A stretch of 64,000 bases of DNA. It comes from an uncultured Actinomycetes bacterium. Its GTDB lineage: Bacteria; Actinomycetota; UBA4738; JBBDTT01. Positions within the stretch are counted from its first letter, which is position 1. Each line of letters begins with the position of its first letter. The notes under the pieces were generated by a model. The model saw nothing but the letters and a program-made list of their open reading frames with translations, was not told the DNA's origin and did not search any database. Location of the stretch: assembly GCA_963742735.1 (NCBI GenBank), contig CAVUMN010000004.1, forward strand, positions 352,001-416,000, read 5' to 3'. Shown here one piece after another: positions 56,893-64,000 of the stretch. A program made the translations under genes and the position numbers.

Positions 56893-57476
56893 GCCAGGCC
56901 CGGCTCGGGGACCGCCGCGGGCACGGACACCGACGCGCGGGCCATGGCGGGCTCGGGCGTCACCGTGGCGCGCAAGTCCAGGCGCATGAGGGGGAACCGG
57001 GGGTCCTCACGAACCACGGTGAACCCGTTCGCCGCCAGGAACTCGACCGGCAGGATCCAGCCGCCGGCCCACTCCCGCTCGCCGAGGGCCTCGAGGGCCT
57101 CGTAGCCGCGGTCGACCAGGTCGCGGGCCACCGCGCGGATGAGCGAGGTCCCGTGGCCGCGGTTTCGGCGCTTGCGGACGACGAAGCAGTTCGCCAGGTA
57201 CACGGCCATGCACACCTTGCCCGCCCGGAAGTGCTGGAGGCGGGGGAACAGCGGCGCCGGTCCGTACTGGGCGAAGCCCTCGGAGTCCTCGCCGTCCACG
57301 ACGAGCTTGCCGCACGGCCCCCACTCCAGGAGCGTCGTGGAGAACCACTCCTCCTTCTGGAACCGAGCGTCGGCGCCCTCGACGTCGTCGGCGAGCTCCC
57401 AGAAGCACGACTCGAGGACCTCGGAGGGAAGGCGGGGCAGCACGTCGAGCGTCACGTCGAGGATGCGACGGCTCAC
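56889..57476 (-). CDS. GNAT acetyltransferase (Rv3916c-like)
   Basis: CFWEL, KEEW...EWG.CG, AQYGP, R.RG.G..L; conserved position next to cwlM. Confidence 0.82.
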   Translation of the reverse strand: MSRRILDVTLDVLPRLPSEVLESCFWELADDVEGADARFQKEEWFSTTLLEWGPCGKLVVDGEDSEGFAQYGPAPLFPRLQHFRAGKVCMAVYLANCFVVRKRRNRGHGTSLIRAVARDLVDRGYEALEALGEREWAGGWILPVEFLAANGFTVVREDPRFPLMRLDLRATVTPEPAMARASVSVPAAVPEPGLA

Positions 57477-57483
57477 GGGGCGC

Positions 57484-57591
57484 TCAGGGGTTCTTCGAGC
57501 GCCGACCGAGGATCAGCGCGACGAACAGGCCGAGGATGGCCCCGAGTGCGAAGGCCTTCGCGCCGCGACGGATCTCCTGGCGATCGGGCAT
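57484..57591 (-). CDS. Small 35-aa membrane peptide
   Basis: MPDRQEIRRGAKAFALGAILGLFVALILGRRSKNP; TACCCT -10-like box 9 nt upstream. Confidence 0.45.
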   Translation of the reverse strand: MPDRQEIRRGAKAFALGAILGLFVALILGRRSKNP

Positions 57592-57667
57592 CCGCCGCCG
57601 AGGGTACGCCGACGCGAGGGTCGCGTCCACCGACGCCCGAGGGCGCGCTGGTACCATCGGCGGTCCC

Positions 57668-58903
57668 ATGGCGGAGTTCGGAATCGACCCGTTCACCGAC
57701 CTCTACGCCGAGCGAGCCAAGGGCATGTCGGCGTCGGCGGTGCGCGCCCTGTTCGCGGTGGCCTCGCGCCCGGAGGTCATCTCGCTGGCGGGCGGCTCTC
57801 CGTACGTGCACGCGCTCCCCCAGGAGCGCGTCCTGGAGGCGGCGCGACGCGCGATCGTCGAGCGGGGTGACGTGGCGCTGCAGTACGGCGGCGGCCAGGG
57901 ACATCTGGGGCTGCGAGAGCAGCTCGTGAAGGTGATGGCCGCGGAGGGCGTCGCCGCCGACCCGGAACACCTGGTGATCACCGAGGGCGCGCAGGAGGCC
58001 CTCGACATCATCGGGAAGATCTTCGTCGACCCCGGCGACACGATCGCCATCGAGGCGCCGGCCTACGTCGGCGGCCTGTCGGCGTTCAGCACGTACCAGC
58101 CCCGCTACCTGCAGATCCCCCTGGACGACGACGGGATGATCGTCGAGGCGCTCGAGGAGGCCCTGATCCGCGGCGAGCGTCCCAAGTTCGTGTACACGGT
58201 GCCGAACTTCCACAACCCGGCCGGTGTGACGCTGTCCTACGAGCGTCGCGTTCGGCTGATCACGCTTTGCCGCGAGGCCGGCATCCCCATCCTCGAGGAC
58301 AACCCGTACGGGATGCTCCGCTTCGACGGCGAGGAGCTGCCCACCCTTCGCTCGATGGATCCGGAGAACGTCATCTACCTGGGGACGGTCTCGAAGGTGT
58401 TCGCGCCCGGTGTGCGCATCGGGTGGATCCTGGGCGGAGAGGGGCTGATCCAGCGCGCGGTGCTGCAGAAGGAGGCGGCCAGCCTGTGCTCGAGCCACCT
58501 CACCCAGCTGATCACCGAGGAGTACTTCGCCCAGGGCGATGACTGGCGCGAGGGCGTCGCCGGGTTCGTCGAGGTGTACCGCTCCCGGCGCGACGCGATG
58601 CTCCGGGCTCTGGAGACGCACTTCCCCGAGGGGTCCACCTGGACCCATCCGAGGGGCGGCTTCTTCGTGTGGGCGACGGTGCCCTCACACATCGACACCA
58701 CCGAGCTGCTGGTCACGGCGGTCGAGCGACTGGTGGCCTACGTGCCGGGCGCGGCGTTCTACCCGGACGGCTCGGGACGCGACAAGATGCGCCTGGCGTT
58801 CTGCCTGGCTCCCGAGGCGGCGATCGAGGAGGGCATCCACCGCCTCGGGGATCTGCTGGCGGAGAAGACCGAGCTCTTCAAGTCGCTCAGCTCACGGGCC
58901 TGA
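57668..58903 (+). CDS. PLP-dependent aminotransferase class I/II (2-aminoadipate transaminase-like)
   Basis: ISLAGG.P, ALQYG, NFHNPAG, EDNPY, SK..APG.RIGW, RL.F. Confidence 0.92.
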   Translation: MAEFGIDPFTDLYAERAKGMSASAVRALFAVASRPEVISLAGGSPYVHALPQERVLEAARRAIVERGDVALQYGGGQGHLGLREQLVKVMAAEGVAADPEHLVITEGAQEALDIIGKIFVDPGDTIAIEAPAYVGGLSAFSTYQPRYLQIPLDDDGMIVEALEEALIRGERPKFVYTVPNFHNPAGVTLSYERRVRLITLCREAGIPILEDNPYGMLRFDGEELPTLRSMDPENVIYLGTVSKVFAPGVRIGWILGGEGLIQRAVLQKEAASLCSSHLTQLITEEYFAQGDDWREGVAGFVEVYRSRRDAMLRALETHFPEGSTWTHPRGGFFVWATVPSHIDTTELLVTAVERLVAYVPGAAFYPDGSGRDKMRLAFCLAPEAAIEEGIHRLGDLLAEKTELFKSLSSRA

Positions 58904-58907
58904 ACGA

Positions 58908-59810
58908 CTAGACCGGCGCTCCCCCGTCCTCGGGGTCGTCCGTCTCCGGCGCCATCCCCGGGCCGGACCCGATGATCTCCGAGACGATCCGCTCCAGGTC
59001 CTCGCGCCCCGAGAACTCCACGATGATCTTGCCCCGGCGCTTCCCCAGCTTGACCAGGACCTTGGTGGCCAGCTGCTCGGACAGGATCTCCTCGACCTCG
59101 GCCACGGCCGGGTCGGTGTCCACGAGCTTCGGCGTGGGGGCGGCGACCGCGGGGTGCTCGGTGTAGGAGCGGACCAGCTCCTCGACCTGGCGCACGGACA
59201 GGCCCTCGGCCGCGGCCCGCAGCGCCAGCGCCGACTGGGACTCGGCGTCGGGCAGTGAAAGCAGCGCACGAGCGTGCCCCGCGCTCAGGCTGCCCTCGGC
59301 GAGCATCCGCTGGATGTCGCCGGGGAGCTGCAGCAGCCGGATCGTGTTCGCGATGTGGGCCCGGGAGTAGCCGAGGCGCTCGGCGAGCGTCTCCTGGCTG
59401 ACGCCCAGGTCCTCCAGGAGCTCCTGGAACGCCGAGGCGAGCTCGAGCGGGGCCAGGTCCTCGCGGTGGATGTTCTCGATGAGGGCCTCGCGGAGGCTCT
59501 CCGTCTCGTCGGACTCGCGGACGACGGCGGGGATCGTGGCCAGGCCGGCCATGCGCGCGGCGCGCAGGCGCCGCTCCCCGGCCACCAGCTCGTAGCCGTC
59601 GGCGCGCTTGCGCACGACGACGGGCTGGAGCACGCCCACCTCCTGGATCGAACGGGCGAGCGCGGCCAGCGCCTCGTCCTCGAACGCCTCACGCGGCTGC
59701 CGTGGGTTCGGCGCGATCGCGTGGACGGGCACCTCGAGCAGGCCGCTCTCCTCGGTCGCGCCGGGGATGAGGGCCGAGAGCCCCTTTCCGAGGCCTCCGC
59801 GCCTGTTCAC
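58908..59810 (-). CDS. parB: Chromosome partitioning protein ParB
   Basis: GLGKGL.ALIP, NP.QPR, AGERRLRA, ENIHREDL, SR...AN..RLL, GHARALL. Confidence 0.97.
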   Translation of the reverse strand: MNRRGGLGKGLSALIPGATEESGLLEVPVHAIAPNPRQPREAFEDEALAALARSIQEVGVLQPVVVRKRADGYELVAGERRLRAARMAGLATIPAVVRESDETESLREALIENIHREDLAPLELASAFQELLEDLGVSQETLAERLGYSRAHIANTIRLLQLPGDIQRMLAEGSLSAGHARALLSLPDAESQSALALRAAAEGLSVRQVEELVRSYTEHPAVAAPTPKLVDTDPAVAEVEEILSEQLATKVLVKLGKRRGKIIVEFSGREDLERIVSEIIGSGPGMAPETDDPEDGGAPV

Positions 59811-61249
59811 TCCTCGCCTCCTTCCCGCCTCCGGAACAACGGCCGGCGGCGACGTCTCTCCTCATCGGTGGTGGATTCGGTGGACTCCGGCCTCGGCTCG
59901 GCCGCGGGGGACTCGTCGGGCGGTGGAAGCTCCACAGGGGCCGGTGCGGTCGGTTCGACTGGTTCGACCGCTTCTGGCACGCGAGCGGGGGGTGGAGCGG
60001 CGATCGGCACGGGCTCGGGCTCGGCTGCGTCCTCGGTCTCGTCGTCGAGGTCCTCCTCGGGAGCATGCGCCTCCTCCTCGGTCCTGGCCGGCATGATCAC
60101 CGCGGGGAGGTCCTCGTCGCCCACCGGCACCGGGGCCATACCGTCGTCGCGGGGCCGCTGCACGACCTCACGGGCCAGCGCCCGGTAGACCTGCGCGCCC
60201 TTCGAGGTGGGGTCGTACGTGGTGATTGGCTGCCCGTAGCCGGGCGCCTCCGACAACCTGACCGTGCGAGGTATGACCGTATCATACACTCTCGATCCGA
60301 AGTACCTCCGGACCTCCGCGACCACCTGCTCGGCGAGCTTCGTCCGCGAGTCGTACATCGTGAGCACGATCCCGGACAGCCGGAGCTTGGGATTGACGTT
60401 CTGCTGCACCAGGCGGACGTTACGGAGCAGCTGGCCGAGGCCCTCGAGCGCGTAATACTCGCACTGGATCGGCACGATCAGCTCGGTCGCCGCGGTCAGG
60501 GCGTTCACCGTGAGCAGCCCAAGCGACGGTGGGCAGTCCAGGATCACGAAGTCGTAGGCGGCCTTGATCGGGTCCAGGGCCCGGGTCAGGCGGGTCTCCC
60601 GGGAGAACTGGCTGACGAGCTCGATCTCCGCCCCGGCCAGGTCGATCGTGGAGGGTATGGCCGACAGGTTGGGGACCTCGGTGTCCACGACCGCGTCCTC
60701 CGCCGGCACGCCCGCGGTGAGCACCTGATACGTGCTCACCTCCCGGCGGGTGTGGTCGATCCCCATCCCGGTCGACGCGTTGCCTTGGGGATCCAGGTCG
60801 ACCACCAGGACCCGCTGGCCCAGTTCGGCGAGCGCCGCGCCGAGGTTCACCGAGGTCGTGCTCTTGCCCACCCCGCCCTTCTGGTTGGCGACCGCGATCA
60901 CGCGCGAACCCTCGACCATCGGTCGAGGTTCACCGCCCTCGTCTCCCGTCGCCGCGGCCGGTGCGGGTTCCTCCACCACCTGGATGGGCGGGGGCGCGTC
61001 CGGGGGTGGCTCGGGGCGTTCTATCGGTTCAGGAGGCTTGACCGGTTCCGGCGAGTCCGGTGGGGCGGGCTCGGGCTCGATGGGGGGCGTTGGCACCGGC
61101 TCGATCGGGGCCGGCTCGGCGGGAGGCTCGTCCGGGGGCTGCTCCGGCTCGGGCTCGGGGGCGGTCTCCGCCCGGGTGGCCTCGGCCGGGGTCGCCCTCG
61201 GCTCGGGAGGGGGGGTGAAGGCCGTCACGGAGGTGGGTTCGTCAGACAC
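59807..61249 (-). CDS. parA: Chromosome partitioning ATPase ParA with long Pro/Glu-rich extensions (alternative start 60919)
   Basis: ANQKGGVGKST, DLDPQGNAS, DCPPSLG, QCEYYALEG, RLSEAP. Confidence 0.95.
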   Translation of the reverse strand: MSDEPTSVTAFTPPPEPRATPAEATRAETAPEPEPEQPPDEPPAEPAPIEPVPTPPIEPEPAPPDSPEPVKPPEPIERPEPPPDAPPPIQVVEEPAPAAATGDEGGEPRPMVEGSRVIAVANQKGGVGKSTTSVNLGAALAELGQRVLVVDLDPQGNASTGMGIDHTRREVSTYQVLTAGVPAEDAVVDTEVPNLSAIPSTIDLAGAEIELVSQFSRETRLTRALDPIKAAYDFVILDCPPSLGLLTVNALTAATELIVPIQCEYYALEGLGQLLRNVRLVQQNVNPKLRLSGIVLTMYDSRTKLAEQVVAEVRRYFGSRVYDTVIPRTVRLSEAPGYGQPITTYDPTSKGAQVYRALAREVVQRPRDDGMAPVPVGDEDLPAVIMPARTEEEAHAPEEDLDDETEDAAEPEPVPIAAPPPARVPEAVEPVEPTAPAPVELPPPDESPAAEPRPESTESTTDEERRRRRPLFRRREGGEE

Positions 61250-61898
61250 TCCCGGCCATGATAACCAACGGTCCACCACGATCAAGCAGGTCAGGCACCA
61301 CGCGCACCTCGCCGTCCTCTCCCACGAGCGTGCGTGCTACGCCCTCGGGGTCCTCCAGGGAACGGCCGGCGAAAAAGACCAGGCGACCTCCGGGCCTGAG
61401 CAGAGGCTCGGCCAGGCCCCACGTCCTGGCCAGCGGGGCAAACGCTCGGGCGAGCACCAGGTCCGCCCGCACCCCCATCTTCTCCACCCTGGCCCGCTCG
61501 ACGCGGACGTTCAGACCCAGCTCCGAGACCACGAGCTCCAGGAAGGCCGTCCGCCAGTGGCGGGACTCCACCAGCGCGAATGCCGTGTCCGGGCGCACGA
61601 TCGCCAGCGGGATCCCGGGAAGACCGGCCCCGGAGCCGAAGTCGTACGCGATGCGGTCGGTCTCTCGGATTTCGGCGGCGGCCCGCAGCGAGTCCAGCAC
61701 GTGGCGCTCCACGACACGCTCCTTGTCGGAGGTCCCGATGGCGCCGATCTCGATGGCCCGCGTGGAGAGCAGCTCGGCGTACCGGATCAGCTTGTCCGAC
61801 TGGTCTGGAGTGAGCTCGACGCCCAGCTTGGCGGCACCCCGCTCGAGGTCCTGTTTCACGTGAAACGGCTCTGGAGCCGACCCGGTGCCCTGTTTCAC
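61242..61898 (-). CDS. rsmG: 16S rRNA m7G527 methyltransferase (start 61898 or 61859)
   Basis: RHVLDS, DFGSGAGLPGIPLAI, ARAFAP. Confidence 0.92.
   Translation of the reverse strand: MKQGTGSAPEPFHVKQDLERGAAKLGVELTPDQSDKLIRYAELLSTRAIEIGAIGTSDKERVVERHVLDSLRAAAEIRETDRIAYDFGSGAGLPGIPLAIVRPDTAFALVESRHWRTAFLELVVSELGLNVRVERARVEKMGVRADLVLARAFAPLARTWGLAEPLLRPGGRLVFFAGRSLEDPEGVARTLVGEDGEVRVVPDLLDRGGPLVIMAGSV
61852..61867. promoter_or_regulatory. parS site 1
   Basis: TGTTTCACGTGAAACG, containing the perfect 14-bp core GTTTCACGTGAAAC. Confidence 0.92.
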
Positions 61899-61906
61899 GT
61901 GAAACG
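61891..61906. promoter_or_regulatory. parS site 2
   Basis: TGTTTCACGTGAAACG, identical to site 1. Confidence 0.92.
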
Positions 61907-61910
61907 AACG

Positions 61911-62582
61911 TCAGTCGGGCCGACGGATGACCACGCGGCGGTCGGGATCCTCGCCCTCGGAGATCGTCTCCAGCCCCTCGCCCATCGCCGCGACGGCGTC
62001 GTGCACGATCTTGCGCTCGTAGGCGTTCATCGGCTCCAGCGTCTCCGGCCTTCCGCTGCTGCGAACGCGACCCGCCGCCTGGCGTGCCCGCGAAGAGATC
62101 TGGGAGCGGCGACGCTTCCGGTAGTCCTCGACGTCCACGAGCACCCGGCACCGCTGGCCGGTCTTGCGGGCGACGGCGCCCCGGACCACCTCCTGGAGCG
62201 CCTCGAGCGTGAGCCCGTGCTTGCCGATCAGCAGCCCCATCCCCTCGTCGCTCTCCGCGCCCCACACGTCGACGTACATGATGCCGTCCACGTAGGCAGG
62301 CTCCACGTCGACGTCGAGCTCCATGCGGTCGAACAGGCCGTCCAGGAAGTCCGCGGCAACCTCGGCCTGCTCCTCGAGCTCCTCGGTGGTGAGCTCCTCG
62401 GCCGGCGCGCGCTTCGAGCGCACGCGAACGATCGCCTCCTGGCTCTTCAGGCCGAGGAAACCACCGCGTGGCTCCTGCACGATCTGCACTTCGGCCTGCT
62501 GCTCGGTGATCCCGAGTTCCTCGAGGGCGGCCTCCAGGGCCTCCTCAACGCTTGCGGCGCTTCTTTCGACTTCCTCCGCCAC
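61911..62582 (-). CDS. jag: Jag/EloR/KhpB RNA-binding protein (Jag_N, KH, R3H)
   Basis: SVEEA..AL.ELG, GFLG, LIGKHG.TLEALQ, ERKIVH. Confidence 0.93.
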   Translation of the reverse strand: MAEEVERSAASVEEALEAALEELGITEQQAEVQIVQEPRGGFLGLKSQEAIVRVRSKRAPAEELTTEELEEQAEVAADFLDGLFDRMELDVDVEPAYVDGIMYVDVWGAESDEGMGLLIGKHGLTLEALQEVVRGAVARKTGQRCRVLVDVEDYRKRRRSQISSRARQAAGRVRSSGRPETLEPMNAYERKIVHDAVAAMGEGLETISEGEDPDRRVVIRRPD

Positions 62583-63771
62583 TGCGTCCAGAACCTCCTC
62601 TGCCGGCAGGGTTCGAGCGTCGCTGCGCGGGCTGACCGGCTCCGGGCTTCTTTCCGTTGCCCTTGCCATCGCCCTTTACGACCTCCTTCGCCACCGCGGG
62701 CTTCTTGGAGCCGTCCGCGGCGGCGGCCTTGGCCTTGCTGCGCATCATCACGCGCTGCTGCCCGACCTGCCAAACGTTCGTGGTTACCCAGTACAGGAGC
62801 ACACCGGCGGGGATCGAGAACGAGATGAACCCCAGGAATACCGGCATGATCCTTCCCATCATCTGCATCTGGGGAGTGGTCTGCCCAGACATCTGCTGCA
62901 TCTGCTTCTGCTGATACCAGGTGGTGAAGACCATCCCGCCGATCAGCAGGTAGTAGGGGAACGCCCGGACCGGGCTCCCCGCAGTGTCGGCGCGCGAGCA
63001 CTGGCGGTGCTGCGCGGCCGAGCTCGCCTGGCTCGGCGAGCAGGCCAGCTCCATGCCCAGGAACTTGCTCCCGCGCTCGACGATGTCCTCGTAGAGCCTG
63101 CTGTCCTTCGGGAGATGCCCGGACCCCAGCGGCGACCGGCACACGAAATGATCGTCCTTCACCTCGCTCGTGGCCTCCGTCGGGAGGCACCTGAACATCT
63201 CCGGAGGGGCGGGGATCTCGGTCCCCGACTTCTGGTTCTGCCACCCCTCGACGTCGAATGTCTCATCCGTACCGTTCGAGCACTTGATCTCGTTCGAGCC
63301 CGGCGGCTCCAGCCGGGGGAGCAGGTTCACGTCTGCGTCCCCGGGGCTGGGCAGCCACGGCGCGCACACCGCGGTGTTCGGGATGTCGTCCGCGTTGAAC
63401 TCCACGGGCAGGGCCACGGCCGGCGTGGCGGCCCGGAGCACCGCGTACAGCGCGATGAAGAACGGGAACTGCATCAGCAGGGGCAGGCAACCGCCCAGCG
63501 GGTTGACCTTGTGCTCCTTGTAGACCTTCATCAGCTCCTCGTTGAGCTTCTGACGGTTGCCCTTGTACTTCCGCTGGAGCTCCTTGATGACCGGCTGGAT
63601 CTGCTGCATCTGCGCCATGGAGCGGGTCTGCTTGATCGTCAGCGGCAGCAGCGCGGTCCGGATCAGGATCGTGAGCAGGATGATCGCGATCCCGTATTGT
63701 TTGACGATATCATACAAGAACGCGAGGACCGTCCCGAACGCCCTGAGCAGCTCCCCTACGATCTGCTCCAT
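62545..63771 (-). CDS. yidC: Membrane protein insertase YidC with Cys-rich loop
   Basis: YGIAIILLTI.IR..LLPL, NPLGGCLPLL.Q.P, PAGVLLYW..N...QQ. Confidence 0.93.
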   Translation of the reverse strand: MEQIVGELLRAFGTVLAFLYDIVKQYGIAIILLTILIRTALLPLTIKQTRSMAQMQQIQPVIKELQRKYKGNRQKLNEELMKVYKEHKVNPLGGCLPLLMQFPFFIALYAVLRAATPAVALPVEFNADDIPNTAVCAPWLPSPGDADVNLLPRLEPPGSNEIKCSNGTDETFDVEGWQNQKSGTEIPAPPEMFRCLPTEATSEVKDDHFVCRSPLGSGHLPKDSRLYEDIVERGSKFLGMELACSPSQASSAAQHRQCSRADTAGSPVRAFPYYLLIGGMVFTTWYQQKQMQQMSGQTTPQMQMMGRIMPVFLGFISFSIPAGVLLYWVTTNVWQVGQQRVMMRSKAKAAAADGSKKPAVAKEVVKGDGKGNGKKPGAGQPAQRRSNPAGRGGSGRSGGGSRKKRRKR

Positions 63772-64000
63772 CAGGCCGCCGCCCCGGTGCGACGTATGAC
63801 GCTGTCAATCACGGGCCGGCGCTCGCGGGGGGGCGGGACCGGGTCGGGCCCACCGGCGGACAGCGGCGAGCAGCGCGCCACCCGCCAGGCCGACAGCGCG
63901 ACTCCGCGGACCGCCCCGTGGGTCCGGATGGCCTCGGCCGCGTACACCGAGCACGACGGGTGGAAGCGGCACCGCGCCCCGAGCATCGGGCCGAGCGCCC
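63771..64000 (-). CDS. yidD: Membrane protein insertion efficiency factor YidD (5' end outside window)
   Basis: [11 protein letters not shown]...HG..G..L..WR..RC.P...G.DPVP. Confidence 0.92.
   Translation of the reverse strand, partial: ALGPMLGARCRFHPSCSVYAAEAIRTHGAVRGVALSAWRVARCSPLSAGGPDPVPPPRERRPVIDSVIRRTGAAA

Noticed and set aside
60920-61240. DNA tandem repeat upstream of the parA core
   Set aside because: Low-complexity Pro/Glu codons without exact periodic units
1-64000. Many long overlapping or antisense ORFs (e.g. 2837..4420, 8504..10495, 18932..21064, 29604..32132, 41436..43988)
   Set aside because: Arg/Gly/Pro-rich shadow frames expected in high-GC DNA; each overlaps a gene with clear family motifs
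1-64000. CRISPR arrays, tRNA/rRNA genes, IS elements, prophage
   Set aside because: No regularly spaced repeats, cloverleaf boxes, transposase, integrase or phage genes seen; intergenic gaps are short

Overview
High-GC actinobacterial chromosome segment that most likely lies just before oriC. The right 30 kb is the conserved origin-proximal block: padR-ino1, MFS, sodN/sodX, CCA-adding enzyme, NUDIX, DUF6049, murJ, Ser/Thr kinase, sigM/anti-sigma, trxB, trxA, cwlM-like amidase, GNAT, aminotransferase, parB-parA-rsmG with two parS sites, jag, yidC, yidD. Several genes look less derived than their mycobacterial counterparts, such as an intact stand-alone kinase and a zinc-competent CwlM. The left 34 kb is accessory. 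It holds a heavily frameshifted DUF1998 helicase (probably assembly error) and a divergently transcribed cell-envelope island. The island encodes two Liv-type ABC transporters, four atypical binding proteins, a YhgE/Pip-like protein, a PQQ-type beta-propeller, a Cys-to-Ser sortase variant and a canonical sortase. The most striking item is a MerR-controlled two-gene unit: an atypical metallo-beta-lactamase-fold protein, then an 841-aa membrane protein with two PmoC/AmoC-like D-x3-H...H metal motifs fused to a short-chain dehydrogenase. I found no rRNA, tRNA, CRISPR or mobile element. All family calls come from motif recognition by eye and were not checked against databases.
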